A stretch of DNA of 64,000 nt from Camelus dromedarius (Eukaryota), in NCBI RefSeq assembly GCF_036321535.1, contig NC_087436.1, positions 22,384,001-22,448,000 of the forward strand, read 5' to 3'. Below are positions 39,077 to 51,499 of this stretch, in pieces. The stretch's first letter is position 1. Every line of letters begins with the position of its first letter. The notes beneath the pieces were generated by a model that saw only the letters and a list, made by a program, of their open reading frames with translations, searched no databases and was not told the DNA's origin. The position numbers and the translations under genes are program-made.

Positions 39077-41389
39077 CTCCTGGGACAAAAATTAACCCTC
39101 ACTTGGTGGAGTAGCTCAATAAAATAAAATTTATTCTCTTCTTCCCTTTCTCATTCAAAAAAGCCTAAGTAATATTGATATCAATCGATGTACAGTTTAA
39201 CACAGAAGCTCCTCAATATAAAACTTTCATAGAAAGAAACAAAGCTATACACCTAAGGACCATGGATTTGTGTACACCTTACCCAACCTGACTGTTAGCA
39301 AGTAGTAAAGATTGTTCGATAATTAGACTGAGTACAGAGAAAGGAAGTGGGCTCTCCCCTTCACACCCAGTTGGTTCCTGACATTAAATTTTGAATTTTA
39401 CCTGCATTTACTGTGATAGAAATAATTTCTGTGTCTCTTATTGTTGGCTTAGAGGGCCTTGGAGTTGAATCTAATAAAGTATCTTGCATTTTTTGGCATG
39501 GCTTACACCTGAATATATATTATATAAAGCTAGTTCTTATAATCTTGTAATCACTAAAAATCAAGACTTTGGGCTGACAAGTCTAATCAACTCCAAACAG
39601 ACAATTTAACATTAACTCTGGATGGCACAGAAGCGGTCATGCCCTCTTGATTTTCTATGCTCATACTCCTCCAGTCCTGGCCTGATACTCAGTAGGCTCT
39701 CTACAGATGGATGAGAACTTCCCTCTTGGGTTATTTTCCCCACCAAGAAGTGATGTGCCTTCTTGGGCTCAGCCTATATAGTCTGTTTGATTCCCACCCT
39801 TCCTTCAGGAACCTGCCGGCCTTACCATTCATTCCAACAATATAAATCTATGTGATGTGTTCTGATTAGCTATATTTCTGTATTTCCAAGAGTGGCTGTG
39901 AAATGACAAAATCAAGCCCATTGTGTTCAGTCTGTTCTGACAACTATGAGCTCAAGATCCTGGAAAAGCTCTTTATGTAAAATACATCGATTTTATAAAG
40001 GGACATTTGCTATGTATCCACTTTAAATAGCAAAGACTTTTCACCGGATTTGATATAGGATATACATTTTAATTTAAATATTCATAAGCGTTACAAGTGA
40101 TACTTCTCTTTAGACTTTGTCCCTCAATGTTTACATTTACAATCTTATAAAAAATCTCAGACAAGGAAACTAAAGGGATGGCACCCTGAGAAAAAAGCTA
40201 GCAAACAGTAGGTGGAGAGAAAGCTTAGTCTCTTCTAGACTTGAACCGATTATGTCAGATCTGCTGAAGAAAAGATATGTCTCACTGAGGCACATGTGTT
40301 TTAGGGAGACGAAGGAATGACTTCACCATCTAGTGGGATGCTGCGTAATGATCCATTTCTTAGGCAGCAGCAGGATATTTTCCTGTTAGAATTTTAAAAA
40401 CCTGTCCTTTCTTTTTCTAGTGAATGATTTTTTTCATTCCTCGCATATTATTTCGCTTCACTGAAGATGCTTCTAAAATTCTTTCCATAGGATTGAGTTT
40501 CATTCTGCTTATGATGAATCTGTCTAAGAAATCAGAAGAAAAAAAATGAAAGTCTATAAGCTTGGTTTCAGATCATATTTTTGGGCTCATTGCTAATGTA
40601 AAGAATACTGGTTACAGATTAAAAGGATCCAAACTGATTGCTGGGCAAGAGCTGACCTTGCCTGGTAGCTAAAGTGCAGGTAATAGTTTCTATAGAAAAA
40701 AAATCCTGGGTAATCTTGTTCTCTATCTATAATGCATTAGTGGAATTTTGATTTATTTATCCATATTCATTTAATGAGGCTTCCATTTCAGGGTAGATAT
40801 ATTATTTTTTAGGACACATCCTTCTTGAACACTTTTACTTAATTTTGGCCATGGCAATTTAATTTTTAAGCTGGTTGGGTTCAATTGTGAACTTACAAAC
40901 ATCTATAGTTGTTATTCAGTTAGCAGAAGATTAATTCTACAAGAAACTACACCTCTATAAGATATCCATGATTAAAAGGATATCATCAAAAAAAGAAAAA
41001 TAGGTATCAGTGAATTAAGTTAAGCCTGAGATGCAGTCTTTAAAACTTTTGGTTTCAAATATATGGAAATATATAGTCATCCATGAAACCAATAATCAAA
41101 GCTACCTAAATGCCTGAAGTGTCTATTTCCTCTGTCAACATTCTGCAGTCTTTTCTTAGTCTAAAGGAATGAGTGATAAAATGAATGCTTTGATATGATT
41201 CTTTAGTTGCTGGAGGCATATACATCTATTAGGCTCCCTGCACAGAGCAGAATGGCACTAAGATCAAAAGGCTGATTTTTCCCTTTAAAATGCATTGAAA
41301 CTGCAGATCTCAACAGCAAACTCCAGGTCCACCTTCTTACTAGGTTGCAACTTGTACACAGTTTTAACTTATTCATCATTCTCTGCTTT

Positions 41390-41580
41390 GGTTTCATATC
41401 CAGTTTTATCCATCCGCCAGCTATGTGATCTAGAGTAAGCTAGTTCCCCTCTCTCGGCTTAAGATTCCCTATTCATAAATGGCGTTAAAATACCAACCTC
41501 ATATATCTCTACAGTGATTAAAAAAAAATGCACCTAAAGTGTTTAGCAAAGTCACATAAAGAATTTTTAAATAATATTAT
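41390..41580 (+). mobile_element. MIR SINE
   Basis: AGCTATGTGATCTAGAGTAAG...ACCAACCTCATA...TAAAGTGTTTAGCA. Confidence 0.65.
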
Positions 41581-41589
41581 TTTACATTT

Positions 41590-41980
41590 TTTTAAACACA
41601 TCTGAGATACTTCCCTAGAGAAATGACCTAACATACAGAAAAAGTTAGATGTACAAAGATATTCAGTGGTTGATATTAATGGAAGTGTAAAACCAGTAAG
41701 TGTGTAATGCATAAGAACTGTTAAAGACTGGTAAATAAAGGTAATTTTATGCAATCATGGACAATGGTAGCTATAAGTTAATACACAAAAAAGCAAAGTG
41801 CAAAACTAAATTTATTACAGGGTCAAAAAATTTAAGATTATGAATTTCCAGAATGAATATACCAAATTTACATCACTGATTCTCTTAAGAAGGTAGATGA
41901 TAGCTGAAGCAAAGCTATTGTTTCCTCTGTTTTTCAGAATTTCTATAATGTGGCTATATTCTTTTTATAAATAAAATTTT
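41590..41980 (+). mobile_element. L1ME-type 3' fragment
   Basis: ATGTACAAAGATATTCA...GACTGGTAAATAAA...TTTTCTATAATG. Confidence 0.55.
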
Positions 41981-42702
41981 ACCAAGAACTTCATCATCAT
42001 TGTTTGAGGTCTGGAAGTCTGGGGTGGTGAAGAGAGAAAGAGATCTTCTCTGAGCTGGCTTCACAGCATCGCAGTTTACTGTCGTGGAGGTAGCTTCAAT
42101 ATCTAGGTGGCTGGGAGGCAGTCTTAACTGAGAAGGCTGAGGGCAGGGTCCAATTTTAATCCTGAAACAGGGAGACCATGTCAGAAGAGTTCTTCTATAT
42201 TATTTCTACTTTTGGTTAAAAAAACTATTAAAATTTCTGTCACCTTGCCCCATCACCATCATCATTACAAAAGCCCAAGAAACTTTAAGTGCTAAGAAGT
42301 CAGCACCTGGATGGTAAATCTTTGAGCAGAAATAGTTCAAATGGGTACCTTGGGATTAGTTAATTTCATACGTGTATGTGAAAAAAAAAAATCTTCACCT
42401 CTTCAGCAATCCTATCCCTTCTGCTCCACCCAACCTCTAACTTCTTCCAGGTCATGATCCACAATTATTAGCCCCAAGTAGCTAGCTGCTCCACATCACT
42501 CTCACTTTTGGTGGTCTCATTCCTAACCATCACCACTTCCTTCTTTCTACATCAATTTATCTCTTGTTCTTTTACCTCCACTCCATGGCCACTTGCCTTC
42601 TGCTCTCTGGAACCCCTGTGCTACTGGAACACATTTATTTGAAAAAGATTTAGAAAACTTATTTCTCCTTAATTTCTTTATTTTTCTTGTATATATATAT
42701 GT

Positions 42703-42970
42703 CTTTTTTTGTTGAAGCATAGTCAGGCTACAATGTTGTGTCAACTTCTGGTGTACAACACAATGCTTCAGTCATACATCAACATACATATATTTGTTTT
42801 CACATTTTTTTCACTGTAAGTTACTACAAGGTATCAAATAGACTTCCCTGCATTATATAGCATGAACTTGTTTATTTTATATACATATATATATACACAC
42901 ACACACATATATATATATATCGGTTAGTATCTTCAAATCTCTGACTCCCAATTTATCCCCTCCCCCCATC
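42703..42970 (-). mobile_element. Artiodactyl/camelid L1 extreme 3' end
   Basis: TTGAAGCATAGTC...TACAATGTTGTGTCAACTTCTGGTGTACA...CTCCCAATTTATCCCCTCCC. Confidence 0.85.
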
Positions 42971-43529
42971 TAATAATTTTTGAAATGAACTTTCTCCCCA
43001 CCTTCAATTCTTATGCATCAAAAACCTTAAGGGAGATAGCCCTTGCTCCACCTGCTATTTCCAGTTATTTGTTCTGCTTCCTTTGACTCACAACTTCTCT
43101 CTTCAACTTCAAAATATCCTTATCACTATTAAGTAATCTTCTTGTGCAAAAGCCAGGAATAGGACAGTCAGTCCTTCTCAACAATTTGTATTGATTTCAT
43201 TCTTCTTCTGAGAATTTTTGGCAGCAAACTTAAAAGGGAATTAGAAGTGCCAAAACAACATTGAAAAGAAAATATATGTATCACAAAGCAGTCATCACCG
43301 CAGTCCCACAGCCTTTCTAATCTGTATGAAAGCACTCCCTGCTCAAGGCCCGCTTACTTGGTCGCTCTTCAGGGCTGTATCATTGTTGGAATAGAAGGGT
43401 TTATTCCCAGGCTGAGTCCTTTCCTCCTTGTAAATTTTTCCAGAAAACAAGATCTTTCATTAGTGATTATCTAAAATCACATTGGGCATTTTCCAAACTG
43501 TTTTTTGCAGCAGGTCTCCTGGACTGAGT

Positions 43530-44285
43530 TGTTCAAAGTTCAGTGTCACCCACGTTAGGATTTCAGCACAACTTTTAACCATGAATCGAAATATGGTGAC
43601 ATTCAGGGATGACATCGGCCAGATGGCAGGATAGGAAGCCCTATATCCTTCCGCAGAGACACTGATTGAGTACCAATACACAGACCAGTTTCCTTTATGA
43701 GAAATCCAGGTAACAGTTGAGGCACCTGCACCCCAGGCGAGCATGATCAAACCACATCACTTCCACTAAAAAAAATGCATGGCCCCCATTTGCCATAGTC
43801 CCTCCAGCAAGCGCAGCATAGCATGATTGAGAAAAAGACCTCCCAGCTCCTGGCTTCTCCCTGGGGAAGGAAGCAGAAGACATACATCCAGCACACAGAC
43901 GTTTCAGGGGGCTGCCCAGGGGACTGGTTTCTGTCTTGCCTGAACCTAAGAGCAGGCAGGAACGGGCATCAGGTCTGGAACCTGAGAACAAAGGCAAAGG
44001 TTTGAACTAACACCGACTCACGCACTGCAGCTCATCCCCTTGGCTCACCCTGGAACAGGGGGGGAGGGGAGGGGTGTGAGAAAAACCCTAACTCCTCGCT
44101 TCTGCCTGGAGAGGGAAAGGGTTAGAGCACATGTCAGTGTTCTGACATTTCGGGGCCTGCCTGAGGATCCGATTTCTGTCTCTCCCAACTAAAGAACTGA
44201 TGGGACCCAGCATACTCCGGAAGCCTGGGACCACTGAGAACAAAAGAGAGCTGGGCAGCTTGCAGCAGCTCCAGAAAACCTGCGT
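43530..44285 (+). mobile_element. Probable old L1 (L1M2/L1M3-type) 5' UTR fragment with a diverged ~250-bp tandem unit
   Basis: GC-richer block; GAGAAAAA..CTCC..GCTTCT.CCTGG...TTTCTGTCT...CTGAGAACAAA occurs from ~43830 and again from ~44078. Confidence 0.55.
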
Positions 44286-44379
44286 TAAAGGCAAATATAT
44301 AGACAGACACAGAACACTGTACAACTATACCTGCAGTGCTGTGACAAGACACAGAGGGATCAAGACCCAAAGGGAGTCT

Positions 44380-45250
44380 ATGCACAGATATGCATAAATA
44401 TATTTTTTCACACAAATTATAGTGTTTTAAACCCAGTGTTTTGCACCATACTCTTTTCACTTAAAACTATGCCTTGGAGATTATTTCATATTGGCATATG
44501 TAGGTTTACCTCATTTTTTTTAAGCCCAACAATAAAATACCTCATTCTTTTATAGAACAAGATACAGTTATAACAGTGGTTATGAGACTAAGCTCTGAGT
44601 TCAAATCCCAGGTCTACCATTTACTAGCTGCTGTTTCCTGGACAAGTCACTTACCTCTCAGTGCCTGTTTTCTTGTCTATAAAAGGAGGTTAATAGTCAT
44701 CTGAGCTCCCAGATTTATTGCGAGGAAATAAAATACTCCATACAAATAAAACAGTTAAAATCGTGTCTGATACATATTAAATACTCAACATTTTTCTATT
44801 ATTATTTATCTAGTTCCCTATAAAAGACATTAGGTCATTTCTAATATTTTGAGGTTACAAATAATTCTATAATGAATATCTTCAAATAGAGTCATTCTGC
44901 ATTTAAGCAAGAATATCTGTAGGATAATTTCTGAGAGTAGAAATTTCTAGGTCAAATAGAACATTCATTTTATATATTCATACGTATTGCCAAGCCACCC
45001 TCCATTCAGAGTATAATAATTTATTCTCTCCCACCAGTGACGGGAGAGTGCCTTCTTCCTCTCACCATTGCCAGTTTGATGGTTAAAAAATGATATTGCA
45101 GCATAATTCTAACTTCAGTTACTTTTTTATGCTAAGCTTTTTTTCATATGTTTAAGAGCCTTTTGCATTTCTGTTTCTCTTTTTTTAGGATCAATTCATT
45201 CATATAATTGCCCCATTTTTCATTTCTTTCTTTCGTTTAACTATCAGTTT
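44380..45250 (-). mobile_element. L1ME-type 3' region with a nested MIR
   Basis: CTTTTCACTTAA...GCCTTGGAGATTATTTCATA; ATATCTGTAGGATAATTTCTGAGAGTAGAA; CCCACCAGTG. Confidence 0.7.
44573..44803 (+). mobile_element. MIR SINE, near full length
   Basis: CTGAGTTCAAATCCCAGGTCTACCATTTACTAGCTG...GACAAGTCACTTACCTCTCAGTGCCT. Confidence 0.85.
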
Positions 45251-45407
45251 TTTCTAAAGCGTAAATGTCCAGTGCAGAACCTCTGACTCACTTCCCTTTC
45301 CATTGAAATTGTAACCTCTGTCTCCACTTTGTTCGGAAGCTGCTCCCTGGAAGTCACCAGTGACCCCCCTAATGACCCCATTTAACTGTGTCTTCTTAGT
45401 CAGAATT

Positions 45408-46308
45408 CTTTTTTTTTTTTTCCAAAGATGTCAGAAACATTTTATTGATTTATATATTTCTTTTTTTCCATTTTCTACTTATTATTTGCATATAAATAAT
45501 ACAAATAATACACTTCGTGCTGTACCTCAAATCAAGCATTAAATCACTGGGAATTTTAAGGATTGTTCCACTGATAGCTTTTAGTGTAGCAGAGAGGGTG
45601 TATTATCACAGAGAGGAAAGCATGCCCACATCTGAAACAGTGACCCCATAGCTAAGGGGACAGTGTCAGATGAAGCATGTGGTCCGGGAAGATGAGCTGA
45701 GTTATTAAAGGTGGATACTCAAGGGAGCTCTAGAAGCTCAAAGTGGCCACACCTTTCCAACCGATGATAACGTGTTTCACTTTAAGCCATGAGAAGACCC
45801 TGATGTTGTGATGGCTCATCTGTGAAAACCACTGCAATTGTTTTAAATTTTTCAGAACCAAAACACTGGAATAGGTCCCCTTCTGCCCAAACAAGGAGAC
45901 ACCACTGGAACAGGTGGTGAAAGGTGGACCTCTGACAGGCACACACCGTTGTGGACACTGAATTCTTCCTGCAGGAAGGCAGCCTGTCCACCCGCCAGAC
46001 CTGTGAGCTATGAGGCTTCTTGGCAGGTTTCATCCTGGATTGGAGCTGCACCAATCACTCTGCTTCAACTCTTTCTACATCCATATATAAGGCTGGGTTA
46101 TGGGAATAACCTTGTATTCTTTGTGTAGCTCATAAAAGGGATTTTTGTGGTGAAAGCCAAAAGGCATGATACAAAGGCTATGCTTGTAGAGCAGAAATCC
46201 AGGAGGGGGACAGTGACTCCCTTTATAAATAAGTTTTATGTTGGGCACTGTAGGACCTCTGGCTACAAACCAGTTTCCTCACCATCATAATCCTCCACAG
46301 ATACCCAC
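45408..46308 (-). other. Polyadenylated 3'-UTR-like segment (retroposed mRNA end or terminal exon)
   Basis: On minus: AATAAA, 19 nt, then a genomic A run; AU-rich stretch upstream; strong acceptor at 46309-46310; source unidentified and right boundary uncertain. Confidence 0.45.
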
Positions 46309-46513
46309 CTAAGGGCAGGAGAAGTCAGAAGAAATCAATGGAGACAGAGGAAATAAACCTTCAAATACAAAGTTGATTGTTTCAAGATCTAAGGCCATGT
46401 CCCTCTATAGTTTGGTTTAAATGAAAATTCTCATTTACTCACATGCAATGAGAATCTCCCAGACATCAGGCACGTGGATTTATGAACAGACCAATAAAGA
46501 GGGGTCTGGAAAT

Positions 46514-47034
46514 TGTAACAGAGAAAAACAAACCGACTCCATATTGGATCTATTCCTTTAGCTCTAACCCTTGTGCTCTGTTGCCTGTGCTGAGTCACTC
46601 TGAGTCTGCATTTTGTAAAATAATGTTGCCTATAGCCTAAAATACACATGAGAGCCCATTTTCAAGGCTCTGACCTTTAAAGTGTATATTTAACACATTT
46701 CCATTTATATAGAGACCAAAAGTTGCAGAACAGAAAATAACAGTTTTCTTGTTTGAGGTTTACAGGAACATTGTGACCAGATCTACGTGGACAGCCACAG
46801 GAAACAAGGGATTTTGGGACCAAGAAGTTTGCACCAACCAGCCACACCCCTCTTCTTTAAGTAGAAAAGAAGCCTGAATTCTAACTCAAGTAAGATGGTT
46901 CTTTGGGACACTAGTCCATTATCTTCTTGATCTGCTAGCTTTCCAAATAAAGTTGCTGTTCCTTGCCCCCAAAACTTATCTCTCAATTTATTGGCCTTCA
47001 TGCAGTGAGCAGTACAAACTTTGACTTGGTAGAA
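46514..47034 (+). mobile_element. Solo ERV1 LTR (same family as 33086-33604)
   Basis: TGTAACAGAG...GACTTGGTAGAA; AATAAA near 46946; near-TSD AAAT/AAAC; colinear with the reverse complement of the 33-kb copy. Confidence 0.85.
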
Positions 47035-49143
47035 AAACAAGAGAGGTGAAAAGTGATTTATTTAAAAAGGTATGTGGTGGATAGATATAGATATAGATAT
47101 ACAGATATATGAAAATTCTTGAATGTGAAGTTCACAGAAAGAAAATAGGAAGATGAGGATAAAAATGGACAGCAAAAGCAACCAGGTTCAAAGGTAACAA
47201 GACAGATTGGAAGTAAAACAAAATCAGATGAAAAGACTGAATTTAGATGAATAGTTTTGGTTGAAGGCACAAAAAGAGGGAGAGGGTTCCCCTTTACTTT
47301 ACTTGGAGACTAATGTGTTTTTCCTGAAATATGTTCCATAGCTTAAATAGGACATGTAGAACTTATTAAGTTTGGAGCTTCTGAATTCTGTTTGAGGTTT
47401 CCCAAACCAGGGCTGCTAAAAGTCCAACCTAATGATGTCACAGAGAAACTAGCCACCCTTGCTGTTTGCCTCCCCACCACCTACTCCTGCCTCCTTCCTC
47501 ACTGACACAGCCTCACTGAGGAGCACACTGACCTAATAGTTTGGCTCACTCTCTTTCTTCCATTTCCAATCCTTTCCATACATTGCTCCAATCAGGGTCA
47601 GCTTTAATCATGCCCATGTCAGGCTCAAAAATCTGCATAGGTTTTTCCAGTTTCTAAGAATAATATTTAAAGCATTCATTATGGTTTCTTCCCACCGAAT
47701 GCATAGCACAGCATATTACATCCAATATATTTTTTAGCAAATGTTTACTTTTTAATTTGCACCACAGTTCTCAGTAAATGTTACTATCTCACTTTATAGA
47801 TAGGAATAGAGGTTCAGACAAAGTTACCTTGCTCTAATTATTACCAATAAGGCTGAGGAGTAGAATCTAAGCTATAATGATGTCAAATGTATTTATATTC
47901 TATTATTCTAAATTGCTTCTGTATCATGCAACTAAATCACCCATCTTGTTCCTCCATTTCTCTCCTTGTTATTTTTCACCCAATCTGAAATATCAATGAT
48001 TGTGCTACTAGGAAAGAAAGAATGCTGCTGATAAAACCATGAAGCAATACTTTAATGAATGCCCTGCACAATTTATGAATTAGTCACACTAGTCTCTCAT
48101 TGCCCTGAAATTTCTTTCATCCCTTCTGAGGGACTGGTCAATTTCTCCTATCTTCAACTACATTGCTTAGAATCTAACAGACAATCTTTTCACACATATC
48201 TCATTCGGAAAACATAATATAGCTTCATTCTTTGTCAACATTTTATTTCTTAGATCCTTGATTGTTGCTCTGTCAGAAAAATGTATAATTTTAGTTATTC
48301 TACCAGCAATAAATATTTGTGTCAGTAAGAGCAAAGTTATGCCTTGCTGTACTGTTGCCAGGTCTTTTTGCTTACATACCAACTTTTCATTCAATATCAG
48401 TTAGACTTCAAAATGGCAGTAGAATACAAGGTACATAGCAGTAAGTTAGTGGATGGGATGACAACTGAGAACAGTTATGTCCAGGTTGTTCACACCTACC
48501 TGGCTGGGAATGAGGGTAAGACACCATTGATTCTATGATAAATGTTGATTTCTAATATGTTGAGATATGAAAACATGTCTTAGAATCAATGAAATTCCAT
48601 TGTTGTCCAAGTTTTACTCTAACAGTGCATCCTGGGACACAAGTGTTAATTTCAAGGTGCAGTTTAACAACAACAAAATCAGGCCTCTTTTACCTCACTT
48701 ATCATATCCTCAACAACGTTTGTGTTATGTTATGCTTAGCATCTCTCAAGAACAAATGAGAAATCAATTCAAAAAACTAAATCTGACGTTTAAAAGAGAG
48801 TTAGAGAGTCAGCCGTCCAAGTAGTTTATTTCAGCGTGCAGGGGACCTCCACTGACAGAGCGTGACAAGCCTTGTTTGTATAAAATGGAAAAACAGAAAC
48901 AATTGCCTTTGCAAAACAAGGGCTTGTGGAATCTCCTCTAACCTGCGATTTCAATAAATGAGAATAAAGTCTCAGAGAGAGGTCAGGAGCGGTTTCCGAG
49001 AACTAATGGAGTGAGACGGTTTGAGAGGCAAATACCACGTGCACTTATGTCACCCCAATATAGTCCCAACACTTAAGAGACCTCTTTCATTTATTCTGCA
49101 AGCATGCGTTTGCAGTTCAGCTGTGTACATTTTAGACACAATT

Positions 49144-49656
49144 TGTGTGAGTGTTTTATTTGCTGCCGTAACTAATTACCACAAGCTAACTGGCTTAAAA
49201 CAACACAAATTTGTATCTTACAAATTCTGGAGGTTGGAAGTCTGACACAGACGTCACAGGGCTAACATCAAGGAGTCAGCAGGGCTCTGCTCCTTTCCGG
49301 TGGCTTGAGGGGAGAACTGATGCCCTTGCCTCTTCTTATTGCTAGAGGTCACCCACAGTCCTTGGCTCACTGCTTTCCTTCTCCATCTGCAAAGCCAGCA
49401 GTGTTGCCTCCACCTGTGTCTTTCTCCCGTAGGCATGTCTCCCTCTGATTCTCATCCAGCATCTCCCTCTTCCATTTTTAAGGACTGTTGTGATTACATT
49501 GGGCCTACCCATGTAATCCAGGACCGATTTTAAGGTCCTGTTGTAAGATCAGCTGATTAGCAACATTAATTCCCCTTTTCCAGGTAACCTGACATAGTCA
49601 TAGGTTCAGGAGTTGCACAAGGGCACCTTTGGGGGGCCATTATTGTGCCTAACACA
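49144..49656 (-). mobile_element. MLT1C/D (MaLR) solo LTR
   Basis: GCTGCCGTAACTAATTACCACAA...GGCTTAAAACAACACAAATTT...GATTACATTGGGCCTACCC...GGGGGCCATTATTGTGCCTAACACA. Confidence 0.9.
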
Positions 49657-49849
49657 CTGCTTCTGCTCTTAAGATTGCCTCCGATTTAATTTACCAAGTC
49701 ATCTCAAAATTTTCACATTTATCTTTAGAGTGCTAGGGATTTTAGGCTCATTTATTTCACTAAGTATAATTTTAGCACTCGCTGCTGTTTTCATGAACGA
49801 CCACCAGGCTGTTTTAAAATAGGGCCGTTTCTTTCCTGCTATTGACTTT

Positions 49850-50030
49850 CTGGGGAAAATCACTTCACTTCTTTGCATCATAATTTCATGTTCATAACAT
49901 ATGGATAATTGTACATTTCCTTCTTACCTTATGGAGTTATGATAGGATGAGCAAATATATGTAAAATATTACAATGCCATTGCTATACAAATACGACAGC
50001 GTGTCTGTTAGTAATAATGTTGGTTATAAT
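49850..50030 (+). mobile_element. MIR fragment
   Basis: AAAATCACTTCACTTCTTTGCATCATAATTTC...TACCTTATGGAGTTATGATAGGAT. Confidence 0.55.
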
Positions 50031-51499
50031 AATTTAAGTGTTCCAATTTAACCACTAGCTCCTTATCTCCGAGCTTCAGGATACTAAATGTTATAGGTGT
50101 TAAAGCCCCATTAGAAAGTGTCTCCTGTGTTTTCAAAGAATGAATTATTGTCTAAGCACAGCATTTCCTTTAGGAGTAAAATGTTTTTAGAGAGTCCTAA
50201 AACGCCTGAATCCCCAGGGTGCTTCATCTTCAGAGGATCTGGTTTAAAATAGACGTCTGTATTATAGATGTAAATTGTGTAACAGTTACGATTGGCTACG
50301 TCTCCCATTTTCTGCAGGTGGTGCTTCCCTGGGCCCCGCTTCCCCCTTAATACTTACAATTGTGTCAAGGAAGGAGACCTGCCTGCTTAAGTGAGAGGAT
50401 GCACACAGGTGGGGCAGGGCCTATGGTCCTGAATTTAAGGGCACACTTTTCATTTTCAATGTAATTAGCTATCTAATTGAGCATCCAAATTTAGCAGTGC
50501 ATTTGCATGTGCAATTAATTATGATTTAAAAGCACTCTGAGTTAATGGTTTCTTTTCCATTATCTACAAATGTAATTACTGAAGGATGGATTGAGTTTGG
50601 AAATCATTTGGGAAACTGTTTTTGCACCACTGGAGCCCAGTGCTCCACTGTTTCGCTGGTAACAGTGCGATCAGAATACCATGCCCAGAGGCCTAAGGCT
50701 GAAAGGGAGTTATCTGGGGGGGAGGCCTGTAGGACAGCGCCAGACTGCTGATCGGGGTAATCTTTTCCTTGCTTACCAGAGCTAACTCAAATTATAGTTA
50801 CTGTGTGATTTCACTCAGACAGACCAGAGAGAAACCTTAACTTTGCAAAAGTAGATTTTAGAGGGAAAAGTCCTCAAGTTAAAAACAAAACAAAGCAAAA
50901 AATCTAAAAGGACACAATATCTAAGTAATTTTTTTTATAAATCACAAAATTAATTACCTGTTTCAGCTTAGGAATATTTGTATAATTTTCTTGATTAAAG
51001 GAAGTAAAACTACAACCTTAAAAAAAAAGGGGATAAAACTCAAATTAGGAGCCTAAAAGAATTAATAGAGAGCAGAGTGAAAACCTAGTCACTGGAGAGA
51101 ATATACAGTTTTTGAATAAGCAGATTGTGTACTTTCCACTGGCTGAACAATTGAAAACCTCTGCTCTTGTTTCCTGAGGGAAAACATTAAGCATTTGCTA
51201 ACCTGAGATTTCTGTAAATGTAATGAGCACAGGCTGGTGGCAAAAGGCAGAAGTTCCAGAACCATTAGAGACTCTGAGCTCTTGTATTTCTGTCCCCAAG
51301 GAACACAAAGACCCGGAAGCACAGAGGGGTACCTGCTGGGGTTGATCTCCACTGGACTGTTTAGAAGGGAGCCTGGCTCTGTTTCTGGGAGCCGCTGAGG
51401 GGGGAAGCTGTTAGAGAGAAAGTAAGGGGGCACTTCAGAAAGTGAGGGGAGGGGAGAAAGGTCAGCAAGGCAGTGTGAAAGAAAAATCCACAATCACTA

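Noticed and set aside
40402..40523. Minus-strand exon candidate with a good acceptor
   Set aside because: Donor GTTTTT is poor, the best frame stops, and no homologue is recognised
46081..46092. CCATATATAAGG as a CArG box
   Set aside because: The A/T core is 8 bp, not the 6 bp required
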